DNA of 60,631 bases, filler included, from Sphacelaria rigidula (lineage: Eukaryota): assembly GCA_964200075.2 (NCBI GenBank). It is 8 parts of 8 records of this genome, joined end to end, with 100 filler letters (N's around TTAATTAATTAA, not from the genome) between each part and the next. Parts side by side here need not be neighbours in the genome. Positions count along the whole stretch, not along the records: positions 45,550 to 53,040 come from CAXNAA020014685.1; positions 53,141 to 60,631 come from CAXNAA020014686.1; 6 more parts are not named here. The stretch is one strand, 5' to 3'. The first letter of the stretch is position 1. Each line of letters opens with the position of its first letter. Both the position numbers and the translations under genes were made by a program. Below are positions 49,474-60,631 of this stretch, piece by piece. Under the pieces are notes generated by a model. The model did no database searches. It saw only the letters and a program-made list of their open reading frames with translations, and was not told the DNA's origin.

Positions 49474-51705
49474 GTGGCTCATCAGAGATCGAATCCAGTT
49501 CGACAAGATGTGAGCGTGCAACTCCATTGGCATCATATAATCTGGCAAATGCAAGATCCAAGGTCATGGCAATCTGTTGAGACGCGTGACTCCTTAATTC
49601 ACGAATTAGCAAACGTGTCGTCAACACTCATCGGTAAATTTCAGGGCAAAGCAGGGGAGGTAGCGCGGTTATTGCAGGGCCAATTTCTGGCTCCACACAT
49701 GGATAGACGGTACATCGACGATCATTTCAGAAATAAGGGGTTTCCACAAATGCAAGCGTTATTACAAATTGTTGATAGTGGGGTCCCGGTGGACGTATCA
49801 GGCACCGGTAATTTAGACGAAGCCCTGAGATACGGCAACCACGCGAGCGCAGTAGGACACGACGAAGAGGTATCCCAGTTAATTTTCGAGGAAATTAGGT
49901 TAGGCAGGATTTTAATCGCACATAAGGCAATGGCTCACAGGGTCCATAATTTGCGAATATCTCCTCTGGCTTACATTACGAGTCCATCCAAATCACGACT
50001 GATTTTGGATTTATCGTTCGGAGAAGGGGGAAATAACGAAGACCCATCGGGGGTGAACGGTGACACTAATTTTGCGGCGGCACCGGGGGTCCGGCTAGGC
50101 GAAATCTTACCACGCGTACTAGAGAGAGTTTGCGGCTTACGACAAAAATTCGGACCAAACTCTCCGATTCTGATTGCCAAAATGGACGTCAAGGCTGCAT
50201 ATAGACAGTTGCAAGTAGAGTTGGACAAAGCAGCGATGCTATCATACGTATTTAGAGACTACATATGCGTAGATTTTAGAGTTCCATTTGGGTGGAGATC
50301 ATCATCGGGTTGGTGGAGCATCCCGGCGTCGGCAATAGCGTGGTCACACAACCATACTTGCCCTGATTCCGCGTTAATCCTTCCTCAAGCTTTAACAATA
50401 GCTAAGGACATCAAAGTCATATTGCCGGCGAGCAATCCAACCACAGTTCGAATACCGGCTAATGTAGTTATACCGCAGACTGAGGGGGGGGGGGAAAGAG
50501 ACAACTTCTTCTGTGAAACTTACGTAGACGACACAATCCAAATCGAGGCAATGCCCAACGGAAACGTATCACGTTTGCTACTAGCTTCACAGTCTGCTAT
50601 ATCAGACCATTTACGCATGTTAGGTTTTCAACGAAGCATCAACTCACCGGTATTATCGGCGAAGAAGCTTACGGATTGGGATACAGTAATGGAAGTTCTG
50701 GGTTTCTCAATTGATACGCAATCAATGAGAATGTCGATACCCCAAAGGAAAATAAGCGAAATGCAAGAGTTGTTCGCAGAGTGGCCACAATCGCGAAATA
50801 CCGCCTCCGTGAGGGAGGTTCTAAGCTTAGCAGGAAAACTTCGACATTTCTGCAATGTAGTGCGCGCAGGCAAATTTTTCGTGTGGCGGTTGACCAAGAT
50901 GACGGGTCTTGATCACCGCCGTTTCGAGGATTTTAATGCCCCCCTCAGACACGGTTCGCGTAGGGTACAGATCAAGGCAGAATTTCACGCAGATTTGAAC
51001 TGGTGGAAGTGGGCGATTGCCAATAACGCATTGAAATCGGGCATTTCTTTGTACTCACCGACATTTAAGCACATCACACGCCCCGTTACGCGCCACTGGG
51101 TATCGGACGCAACACTTCAGGCAATGGGGGGATACTGTTTAGAGTTGGGAGTGTGGTGGCGGTTCGACTTAACCTCCGAACAGATCAACCGTACGACAGG
51201 AACGACGGGGGTAGAGCCCCACAACGTACTCAATATCAATGTATTGGAGCTAGCAGGCATGGTATTTACAGCGTGGGTCGTGATAGTAACAATGGGCGAC
51301 CGACCGTTCGACGAGAACGACCCGGTACATTTTTTGGGAGATAACACGGCGGCGATTAGTTGGGTCAACCGTTGCGGAGGCGCGACTGACACAAGAGCAG
51401 CAGCTTTGATGCGTATCCTCGGTTTACTCGAAATTAAGGGGGGCTGGTGCCATCAGGCACATCACATTGCGGGTGCCGACAATGTGATCGCTGACGGCAT
51501 ATCTCGCTGGCATCGTCACGAAATTCCACAACGTTTGCACGCAATATCACCGCACACTAATTGGCAGGAGGCGACATTGGACACGCAGGGTGCGACACTA
51601 TGTTCGGAAGTCTTGCGACGGTTCTCTCGCGCGTCGGAATTTCACCATCGTCTCTGGCCACTTACGAGGGAGGTTTTAAGATGTGGAGACAGTGGCGCAG
51701 TTTAG
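49474..51705 (+). CDS. pol: Reverse transcriptase / RNase H (DIRS-type); first ATG 49549, frame open from 49312
   Basis: RISPL, RLILDLS, KMDVKAAYRQ, VPFGWRSS, YVDD (50521-50532), EVLGFSID. RNase H residues in VSDA, INVLEL, GDN, NVIADGISR. Confidence 0.95.
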   Translation: MAHQRSNPVRQDVSVQLHWHHIIWQMQDPRSWQSVETRDSLIHELANVSSTLIGKFQGKAGEVARLLQGQFLAPHMDRRYIDDHFRNKGFPQMQALLQIVDSGVPVDVSGTGNLDEALRYGNHASAVGHDEEVSQLIFEEIRLGRILIAHKAMAHRVHNLRISPLAYITSPSKSRLILDLSFGEGGNNEDPSGVNGDTNFAAAPGVRLGEILPRVLERVCGLRQKFGPNSPILIAKMDVKAAYRQLQVELDKAAMLSYVFRDYICVDFRVPFGWRSSSGWWSIPASAIAWSHNHTCPDSALILPQALTIAKDIKVILPASNPTTVRIPANVVIPQTEGGGERDNFFCETYVDDTIQIEAMPNGNVSRLLLASQSAISDHLRMLGFQRSINSPVLSAKKLTDWDTVMEVLGFSIDTQSMRMSIPQRKISEMQELFAEWPQSRNTASVREVLSLAGKLRHFCNVVRAGKFFVWRLTKMTGLDHRRFEDFNAPLRHGSRRVQIKAEFHADLNWWKWAIANNALKSGISLYSPTFKHITRPVTRHWVSDATLQAMGGYCLELGVWWRFDLTSEQINRTTGTTGVEPHNVLNINVLELAGMVFTAWVVIVTMGDRPFDENDPVHFLGDNTAAISWVNRCGGATDTRAAALMRILGLLEIKGGWCHQAHHIAGADNVIADGISRWHRHEIPQRLHAISPHTNWQEATLDTQGATLCSEVLRRFSRASEFHHRLWPLTREVLRCGDSGAV

Positions 51706-52793
51706 CAGTGGGAAAATCTCTATTCATAGATATTTCAGAAGGAGCAGAGGCAATTGCTATGGAACTGGGTAAATTTTTGGCGTATCTTTATTTTGCAAGA
51801 GGAAATAAACTATCCACCGCCATCGGTAGATTATCCGCTGTACAATATTTTCACCGCTCTGTAGGAATCGAATTACCAATGCGGCACCATTTCTTGAGGG
51901 CAGTTAAAGCAGGTATGGGGCGCGAAAGTAATTTGCGAGCCGAATGCAGCCGTATACGGCGCCCTCTCACATGGGTTATGTTGCAACGAGGCCGTGTATT
52001 GGCGGCAGAATGGGGAGTGGGCGGCCACGAATTGTGGTTATGTCTATGCATTTCTTATTTCTTCTTGTGCAGAGCGTCAGAATTATTCGCGTACAGTAAC
52101 GGAAAAATACACAAGGACTTTGGTCTTACGAGAGGTGACATCGCGTTTAAGCGAAATGGCGTTCAATGCGTGCATGTGGGGGAATGGCATCAAGCAGATT
52201 GCGTTGAAATGCGCTTCAGGGCAAGCAAGAGCGATCAGGGTCGGAAAGGGGCTGTGCTGCTCAGATCACGCACTAATAAACCGGGTAACGCACAGCCACT
52301 GATGGTCGGTAATTTATTGGGAGCAGGAGGGGGAGGCTTCGAGACAGTACGGGAATTAATGCTGATGCACCCAAATTTAGGCGCTGAAGTACCGCTGGCA
52401 GCGTTCCCTTCAGGGAAAACGTGGACAGTGTGGACGCGCAGTCAGGCCACTTTCGCTTTGAGAGCTTTAGTTCAACATCAGGGTTTACAACCACTAGAGT
52501 ACGCGTTGCATTCTGGGCGAATTGGAGGAGCTACGAGACTGGCAGCAGCGGGCTTACAACCCGCAGTAATTCAGAGAGAAGGGCGCTGGCGTAGTGGGGC
52601 ATTTATGACATACGTGCGGGCCAATCTAGAAGATTCTGGAGCAGTTTCGAAGGCATTGGCAGCAGATATAATTGCCGGGGGTATACAGCCCGGCCAAGGC
52701 ACCGCATGGGGGGACGGCAGCGATCGAGTGTTAATGTGGGGTGGCGAGAACACCAGTATTCCAAAGGGTGGTACGTTTATTACCATGAGGTAG
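51561..52793 (+). CDS. Tyrosine recombinase (YR); first ATG 51600, overlapping the RT/RH ORF end
   Basis: Catalytic set R (FFLCRASE), K (SKSDQ), H-x-x-R (HSGRIGGAT), W (EGRW), Y (FMTYVR). N-terminal core-binding-like region LSAVQYFHR. Confidence 0.95.
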   Translation: MAGGDIGHAGCDTMFGSLATVLSRVGISPSSLATYEGGFKMWRQWRSLAVGKSLFIDISEGAEAIAMELGKFLAYLYFARGNKLSTAIGRLSAVQYFHRSVGIELPMRHHFLRAVKAGMGRESNLRAECSRIRRPLTWVMLQRGRVLAAEWGVGGHELWLCLCISYFFLCRASELFAYSNGKIHKDFGLTRGDIAFKRNGVQCVHVGEWHQADCVEMRFRASKSDQGRKGAVLLRSRTNKPGNAQPLMVGNLLGAGGGGFETVRELMLMHPNLGAEVPLAAFPSGKTWTVWTRSQATFALRALVQHQGLQPLEYALHSGRIGGATRLAAAGLQPAVIQREGRWRSGAFMTYVRANLEDSGAVSKALAADIIAGGIQPGQGTAWGDGSDRVLMWGGENTSIPKGGTFITMR

Positions 52794-53221
52794 TATGAAA
52801 CTTATATTAAAAAAAAAAAGCTTTTATAAGACTGGGCTTTAAGATGGGTATGTATAGTCTCTTCGTGGTTTCACCACCGGGTCAAGTGTACAGTAACATC
52901 GTAGTCGGACCGGGAGGGACAGGATCCTGGAGTGGCGTTGTTAGCACGATTTCAGAGGAGACTTTAACAGGCGTACAGTAGGGAATACATTGGCGGCAAG
53001 GATCACATGCACCAAGGTGCATGTTGCGGTATGATTTGGTNNNNNNNNNNNNNNNNNNNNNNNNNNNNNNNNNNNNNNNNNNNNTTAATTAATTAANNNN
53101 NNNNNNNNNNNNNNNNNNNNNNNNNNNNNNNNNNNNNNNNCCTTGACCTCGCCCGCTCTTGCTACGCGGGGGTGCTTGGGGATTCAGGGGGGGGGGGGTG
53201 GGGGGGGGGGGGGGGGGGGGG

Positions 53222-53444
53222 GTCGATTCCACGAAAAAAATGGCTCATAGGTGCGTCAAATGACGCCACACACTCACGATGCGCTTGTATTTGGGTGAAA
53301 GCGATGCCAAACAGTATAAGTGAGCGTTATAAATCGGAAGCAAGCGCGTTCGTAGTTGCTGCTATCAACGACGATTGCAAGTAGAATTTCGTGGAAGAAA
53401 GCGGCCCAAAATTCCCCCCCCCCCTATCGTAGCATGACTCTTAT
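53222..53444 (-). repeat. Dispersed ~230-bp repeat, same family as 29759-29995
   Basis: Reverse-complement similarity across the whole unit. Confidence 0.88.
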
Positions 53445-53709
53445 GTGATGCCAGCCATATGTGGAACATATGTTGGCGGTTGGACGGTCAAACACATCTG
53501 TTTGGCTGAGGTGTCGCAATACAACCAAGTAGGGAGCTTATCTTATGGTCTTTTGAAAGTGAGCTTATCTAATGGCCGAGAGGAAGTATCTACTTCTGCG
53601 TGCCATGCGATCAAAAGGATGTAACGGGCGTGCCAAGAAATCAGCGGTGGCGCTAGAGCTATCCCTTCAGGCGACGATGGACCTGGCCGTATCTAATAGA
53701 AGCACGTAC

Positions 53710-56700
53710 CTGGCGTGTTAAGAGAGTGGCGGCGGCAATACGGCTATCTCTCAAAGCGATAATGCGCCTTTTTCTCCGACGGCCGGCCGCCCCACGTAAT
53801 ATTCGCTGAATATTAACACATGCTGCGTGTTTTTCTCGTGTTCGTCTTCGGGTTTCTTGCGCTTTCATCCTCCCAAGGCCGCCACGCCACACACGCTAAA
53901 ACGTTTGAACGTGATACAGGCCGTCATGTATAAGTTCCGCGCGGGTTCTCGCCATGTTAGCGCGAGTTGTTCTTGTCATGTCCGTGCGGTGCCGTTGTAC
54001 ACACACACTCGGACAGTTTTCAGTAGCAATACATTGTAAAAAACAAAAGTCACCGCGCCGCGGTGGTTTAGCTGGCAATTGGACGGCCGGCTAGGGCGAA
54101 GGTTACGTGCTCGAATCCCTACATACACGGTCTTTTCCAGCAGACCCTGGTCTATGTCGTCGAAATCGTAGGAATCTAGGTATCCCAAACCACTCACGAG
54201 AGTTGACGATGTGCAAGAAAAGTGATCCACTCCTCGACAACAAAGTATCAGGCAGGCACCGCGGGAGAGATCAATTGACCCGTCGAGACCACTGACTCTT
54301 TCCGAGGAACGGGAGGGATTCAAAGGCTCGCAACAAGACGATAAAAACCAAGGCAATGAGACGTACGATAGAATCTGCTGCGTGGTTTCGGACAAAATGG
54401 TGCTATTGTAACTCTCCTACAAAGCGACTGCGCTTGTACTGTATTTCACCACCACCAGCACGTCGATTCCAATCCTGACCAACGGAGAATGGAAAGCGTT
54501 CGAAACGGGTGGAAATATGCTGAAGTCCGCAGGACAAGCGATAGTACAGCGCGATTACGTGCAAACAATGCGCAGAAAAACGCAATATCATATGAGACCG
54601 AACCCTTCCCCCATTTTTGCCCTAGACACTCCAACGTTCCGCACGTGGTAACGCCATGCCCGGCCTCACTTCACGTGTTAATACACACCTGGATATCAAC
54701 GCAAGCCGGTCGACCCCGTCCGTATCCATCGGCAAACATGCCATTAACTTCCTCCAGTCCTCGCCGATCGTCCCAACCGACCGAAACCTGCGTTTGTGTG
54801 CTAGTATTAGAGGGTTTTTGCGTTTTGCTCGACGAGGCGCGTGCCGCTATTCGAGCAATAGAGCAAGACTACTCTAGTGCTATTGACAAACCGTCCTGGA
54901 AAATGGGAACGAGATGTTTTTATGAGAATGAACCGAGGTCGAAACTCTTTATGATATTGAACCTAGTGCCCGTCGAAGGTGTCTTAAAGATCACCTTTGG
55001 CATGTACTAGGTACGACATCACCTACAATTTCGACTTATGTTGGTTCACTTAGGAGAATCTCGTTACGATTTTCAAGATCGCCTGTCTATCACGGCATTT
55101 CAACTGATCTCCTTCAGAGAAAGAGCAAGAAAGCCTTTAGTAGGTAGCCCTGGGTGGGAGCCGGCAGCGTCTTCACGACACAACCAACTTGATATTTTCC
55201 AGAGGCTCGTATGAAACCTTGACGCACGCATCATTTTCCTCTGTCTTAACCCTCCCGTACATGAATGTTTACCACACCTACATGCGTACATTCCGCAAAC
55301 GTCAGCGCCTGGCATGTGGGGCGTAGCAAGTCATCCTAGTAGCATAGTATACCCTAGGAGCTACAGACGACGATGCACTTTATTTAGCCTCTCAGATCAA
55401 TTAGGCTCACTTGTTTGCCCACCACTGCCCTCTGCTGTCGCCATTTGCCCTCGCGCTTTTCCCGCAGGATTACGGCCGCCCGCTGCTTCTTTCTAACCAA
55501 AAGTCTCACCAGGAAACCTTTCCACGCCGCTTGAATGGCCGTGGCCGCCGTAAAATCAGGATCACTTTCAAGAACTAACCTAGATGCATCTTGCATGGGT
55601 TGTGGGGGACGCGGGCGGTGTACATGTATGTGTCAGTGCTACGTCACCAGCAGATTGGCCCCCGTTCGATTCACACATGAATGTCGGGAGAGCGTCTTCA
55701 AAAGAGCCACCAAGGCGACCAGGAGAAGCGAAATCGAGTGCCCCCAGAAAGTCAGGGATCACGTGATTTCCGTGCCCTGTGCAAACTAATGTATGGCACA
55801 TAATGCCGCTTGGTACCTCGTGCAAAGCAGACCAACATCATGCTGTGTAAACCTTGCGTATATCCCAACGTTCGGACGTGAACATCTGACAGTTAGGGTG
55901 GGGGGCCTGCAATCCCCTCGAGCGCCCTCCCCTCCCCGCTCAAGTGCGTTGCGTTACCTGCGGTGCCCTTCAACCGAGCGTTCTCTTCGTCCCAAGTCAT
56001 ATCTGAGTTGCCTCTTGTCCCTCCTTCATAATAATGGTCGCCGCCACTGCTTCGAACTTTATCTACTCGTCCACCACGCGGTCGTCGACGTTCTCTACAT
56101 ATGTTGCCATCATCCGCAAGATCCGTCCCACGATTTGAATAGGGCGCACGATGCGCTCCACGTAACGAGGAAAGCGGCCGATGTCTTTTCGCAGCCACGC
56201 CCGATCCCTTTCCTGTCGGGTGTTGATCTCGATTATCCAAAAGGTTGTGCTCGGACATTGACGGGCCTGAGACGACCGACAGAGATATTTCATCGGACGT
56301 GCCCAGCACTTGCGCCGCTTGAACTTCGGCCAGCATTACAGGACGGGGCGGGTCTCTAACAGAACGAACGATCATCTGCGCGGTGTTTCCCTCCGGCTCT
56401 TGAACAGTTGTGACGCTACTCCCCCCCCCTGTACTGGTATCCGTAGACGGTTCCATGTTTATATATTGCTCGGCTTTTTCTAGCAAGGCCACAGCAGCAG
56501 GTACCCACCCCCTTGGACGTGATCGCCACCCTGCCTGAATGGTACTTGCTGCCTCGCAGCGACGCCGGAGTTCCCACTTTTCATATGCTACTTTTCTCAG
56601 CTCCGGCATCCGCCGCCTGCCCGCCTCACCGCGATACCTAGCCTGCCCCCAAATTGCGATTACAGCTCTGACTTTGTCTAGATCAGCTTGAATTTTCCAG

Positions 56701-56987
56701 TGTGTTCGAGTCTCCCGTTGGTTCATGGCCGCTTTCCGCCCCCGGCTACCTCTCCACATTCGCTGAACTTCTACGACACCGGCATTCATTTCGCCTTCTA
56801 CCTCATGTCGGCAAGTGTCTCGGTAGTGGTTGAATGCCGTACCACAGTGCTTGAGCCGGTAACGGTAAGCTATCAGTACTAGGAGACAATCGCGTTTCTT
56901 CAACCGCTCGCGCTCACAGATCTCTTCCAAGGCCATCTCAAATTCTTGCGCACGAAATCGCGATGGCAAGGGTATTTCTCGAACCAC
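53710..56987 (-). CDS. Multi-IQ-motif (calmodulin-binding) protein, internal exons 56987-55958, 55589-55411, 53895-53710
   Basis: IQ motifs VQRMWRGSRGRK, GQARYRGEAGRR, IQAGWRS, IQAAWKGFLVR, KQ|RVWRGGLGR, IQRILRGAAGRR. GT-AG sites join in consistent phase (1, 0). Confidence 0.85.
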
Positions 56988-59900
56988 CTGGTGGTCGGAA
57001 GGCAGGCATGCGCGCATCGAGGGAGATCGGTGGGCGCCAATATGTCGTTGAAAGCTTGCCCACTAGGTGTGGTCAAGGGGGAAAAATATCGAATAGTGGA
57101 AATTGAACGTGGCAAAAAAATATAAACTTTGCGGCGAATAGACGAAGGAGTCCAAAAACTGTTTGGGGACACAAGCTATGAAAGGACACTGTTTCGTGTG
57201 CCCTGCGACGTCCCGCTAGCTTATCCAACTTACGTGCATACACAATGCAAGGTTCCACGTGCGCATCAGTTGAATCACGTTTTAACCTCGAAGGAGGGTG
57301 CTTTTGTTAGATTAGGAGAATGTGGGTTTATCTCGGAACATTTTTGACTGTCTTCTTGCTATACCGCGCACCCGTATCGGCGCGGAAGCAGCGAAGCTGG
57401 ATGTTGAAGCGATTCAGACGCGTGATGAGTCTATCAGGAGTGCAGCTAAAGAACTTGGGGGTCAACCGGGACACCCTGTCAGTTTTTGTGAGCGGAGACA
57501 TTTTGGTAGATTCTCGTCCTGGGTCACGTGCCGTACCCACATGTGCGGAAGAGTTAGCCATCAAAGACCTTCCGGATTCCGCAAGCAATAATTGGTCAGG
57601 CATTGGCAGGGTAGAACGTAGGGAATGGGTTCCTCAGCTTTGCAACGATGACCGATAAGTCCCCTACAACCCCAAGGTAGGTCCATGAGCGTGGTTTAAA
57701 GGTCTCAGAAAGCACCCACGACTTACAATGAGCAGAGGTCACATCTATGGGGCCAACTATGTATCAGTAGACGACAAGGAGCGGCCGAAGAGTTTTACTG
57801 CGGGAAAAGTGGTCTGAAGAGAACCCACCTGGACCCGATCACATGTAGAAAACGGATGATTCGGTGACCTGCCGTTGTGGTTTTGATCTGCCGCTGTGGG
57901 CTGCTCTTCAGTTGTTGTGGTTTTTCTCCGAAACGCAGCCTATGTTTCTGTATGTCTCTTTCATTCAGCATGTGATGTACTGCCGCCTACAATGGTAATA
58001 TCGCGGCAACGGCTATTTGTCGTGGTGTTCTGCGATAGTCTGCCGTCCCGCCCATCCAGCATTATCGAATCGGTGACAGGGTCCGGCACTCTCCCGGGAG
58101 ACATGGTGAGGGGCAACAATAGGCTAAGCGGAAGGGGCGACAAACTCACGGAAAATTATAGGATACTTCGTCCGGTGATCGTACAGACTGCTCGAGGCAC
58201 AAAGAAGGGAGGATTCTTTTGGACCCTTAGATTCTGACGGAGTACGGAGCAGTGGATTTGCGAAGAGGGGAGAAGCTGCGGAATACGCGGAGGCAAGGAT
58301 GTAGAACGATCCAATGGCTGACGCTAGATCAGAAAAAGCCATTGCATGACAAGCGACCCTACGAGACAAGAAGGTAACCACTCCCGCCAACCACCAGCAA
58401 AAACTCGACGGCAGCAGCGAAAAGGGTGACAGGCAGGGGGCGGGGCCGAGGGCGTGATGGTAGCAGCAGAATGAGGGAGGGGTGAGATGGCAGCTGGCGG
58501 GATGCCGACGGTTCGGCCCTTGCGGCGTTCGGTTGAGGCCTGCCAGTCGGTTTCCCGTGCTTCAACAGGTAAGGTCTCCGTTTCTGCGCTCAGTCAGCCG
58601 GTGGTCACGTTTCAAGTCATAGAGCCTTCTTTTTTGGAACCTGACTGTCAGTGTCAGCTACAGTTGATAAGAAGACGGATCGTAGCACCCAGGAGTGTTC
58701 GCTAGTAATCTGAGGCTGGCCCTCGCAAATAAAGTTGCCATGGACCCCTTGACGGGATTAGGGTACTTGCTCATGTCTCCCATTGCCCTCGTGCATACAC
58801 TGCACTTTTTCGTCGGGGGCGAATCCTGGGGGGCTAGGGTCCTGCAGCGCGTGTTTCTTCAGTATCGTTTGTGGCTCAGTTTCTTTCAGCTTTTGTTGCA
58901 TTGTGTGGAGAGAAATGGGTGGTTGGACAGTGGTCTAATTGACTTTCATTAGATTGAGACTGAATTCATTGCTTGCATGGCCTGCATTCCGTCTTCCTGT
59001 ATCACAGTGGAAACATGTAAATGAAGGTTGGACCCGCACGAAATGTCCTTCGGCTTTTCACGCCGTTTCCAACACGGAGAGCCAGCCATGCTGACTCCGA
59101 ATTTGTACGCATGGGCATGAAAATTGGAAATTTAATATCTAATTTCAGGTCTCAGAGATACGTAAAACGCATGAAACTACCTATGTTAGAATGTAAACGT
59201 TAAACAATTGGGGCCAGGGTTTACTAGTGCTAGATTAAGCCTTTGGGAACCCTCCCCTTCCATCCCCGGGCCAGACGCCTTATTGTTTCAAGCCTAAACA
59301 AAGAAGGAAAGATGGGAACAGAAAAGACCGCGAGCAAACAATTTCACGGCGGAGGATCACAGAAGAATCAACGAGCATACGTCATACGCGCACCAAAAAT
59401 GCCGCCCCGGCGCAGTCAGATTAGTTTTGTTCAGTGAGGGACGCGAAGGGTCAAGTTTGTTCAAGTTTGTGTACACAGCCAAAGTCAGGGCTTGCGTCGC
59501 TGAAGTCTCTATACAAACAAAAAAACGGTACCACCTGTCCATTTTTTATATACGAAGTCCCGTGCGGCACTGGGGAACAATTTCATATGGGTCCGAAAAG
59601 CACGGCTCGGGCTAATAGTTTTGCAGGAAAGCTGTAAATACTCAACCATATGTCGTTCAAAAACGCAGCACTTCGACATTCATACTTTTCCACTGCCAGT
59701 ACCAAAAGGTTAATGTAGTGTTCACGGCGTCTTTTTCTTTTTTGGGGTACTTCTAAACCAATTACGCCAGCAGAAGGTGGAGCGATTAAGCGGGCAGCGA
59801 GCGAAAATGATTTTTTCCTGTTTATGAAGAAAGAGATGCGCCGGGATGGCCATAAGAGAACACACATGTTTATGCTTCAACCAGGTAGCTGTGCTCAGGT

Positions 59901-60631
59901 AGACATGGCACGCATGTAGTTTCGAGGCGATGCGGGTCCTTCCGGGGTGATATTACTAGATTGAAATTTTCAAAAAGTCTTTGACGTTATGGCTGTTGAT
60001 GTATCACTTGATTTTAGAGTACAGGAAACTTCGCAAGGCTTTCACGTCTGCAGACCCATCGCCCTGACAAAGGCACACACAGCATACCAACACCAACAAG
60101 CAGTGTAAAAAGTGAGAGACACGACACGCACGCGACGCCTGAGTGACGCGGCCATGGCAGGGTTTATCACTCGTGTGTGCCCCCTCCAGCCGCGGCTGAC
60201 AGCTGTGTAATAGGCGGTACAAGCCGCCAGCACCTTCCGCACACAAGCTGGTGCGAGCATGGATTCGGTTGGCACACCTCTCCACATGTATGATGGACTG
60301 TGCTGGATCGTATTGTACTGCACGCTCGCTGTCGGCGTGACTCACGACTACCTAGTCGAGACTGTCGCTGCTGTCCTGACATCGAGCTGGACTCAGGCTT
60401 GTCAAAGACGAGGTCAGGTGCAGATGGGCATATGTAGGTCTGTAGTCTAGTGTGCGATGCAGTGCGGTGCTAAGGTGCTAAGGTGCTGTGCTCTACTCCT
60501 GTACTGGACCGCTGTCGTACCAGCTGTAGTACTGGCCGTATCTTTTTTTGAATATGCATAAACTGCAATCTTTCATACTCTGGACAATAGAATACACGGT
60601 CGAAAAATGTACTGCGTACAGTATGGAATCT

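Larger units (their letters stand above)
45550..53040 (+). mobile_element. Tyrosine-recombinase retrotransposon (DIRS order, Ngaro-like), coding-intact, termini not assembled
   Basis: Gag-like ORF, RT/RNase H ORF and overlapping YR ORF on the same strand. No DDE integrase or protease. The element appears to fill the whole contig. Confidence 0.93.

Noticed and set aside
49478-49487. CTGATGAG on the minus strand (also CTGATGA near 1563, 22795, 22954) as hammerhead cores
   Set aside because: No stem II followed by GAAA and no flanking stems.
57000-59000. Further upstream exons of the IQ-motif gene
   Set aside because: Coding-like in places, but every frame tried hit stops and the boundaries could not be supported.

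Overview
Eukaryotic, intron-rich and repeat-rich DNA, most likely a brown alga or related stramenopile (inferred from splice sites, TTAGGG repeats and TE types). The window is not one locus. It is eight length-sorted contigs of 7491-7492 bp (1-7492, 7593-15084, 15185-22676, 22777-30267, 30368-37858, 37959-45449, 45550-53040, 53141-60631) joined by artificial 100-bp N44-TTAATTAATTAA-N44 linkers. Contig 7 is a coding-intact tyrosine-recombinase retrotransposon (Ngaro/DIRS-like: CCCH gag, RT/RNase H, YR) with an unusual ~1.9-kb gag-pol spacer. Other mobile DNA includes a decayed chromodomain Ty3/Gypsy element with its 3' LTR nested in a LINE, a decayed relative of the YR element, several APE/RT LINE relics, an inverted pair of pogo-like transposase relics, and foldback/MITE-like elements. 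Partial host genes are a tandem Tudor-like protein, a coiled-coil protein with a probable GC-AG intron, an M32 carboxypeptidase C-terminus and an IQ-motif protein. The most novel-looking signal is a ~290-bp C-tailed repeat that occurs head-to-tail, has a 3' tail also found next to LINE relics, and contains a degenerate type III hammerhead-like fold. It is a candidate retrozyme-like element and needs a family consensus to confirm.
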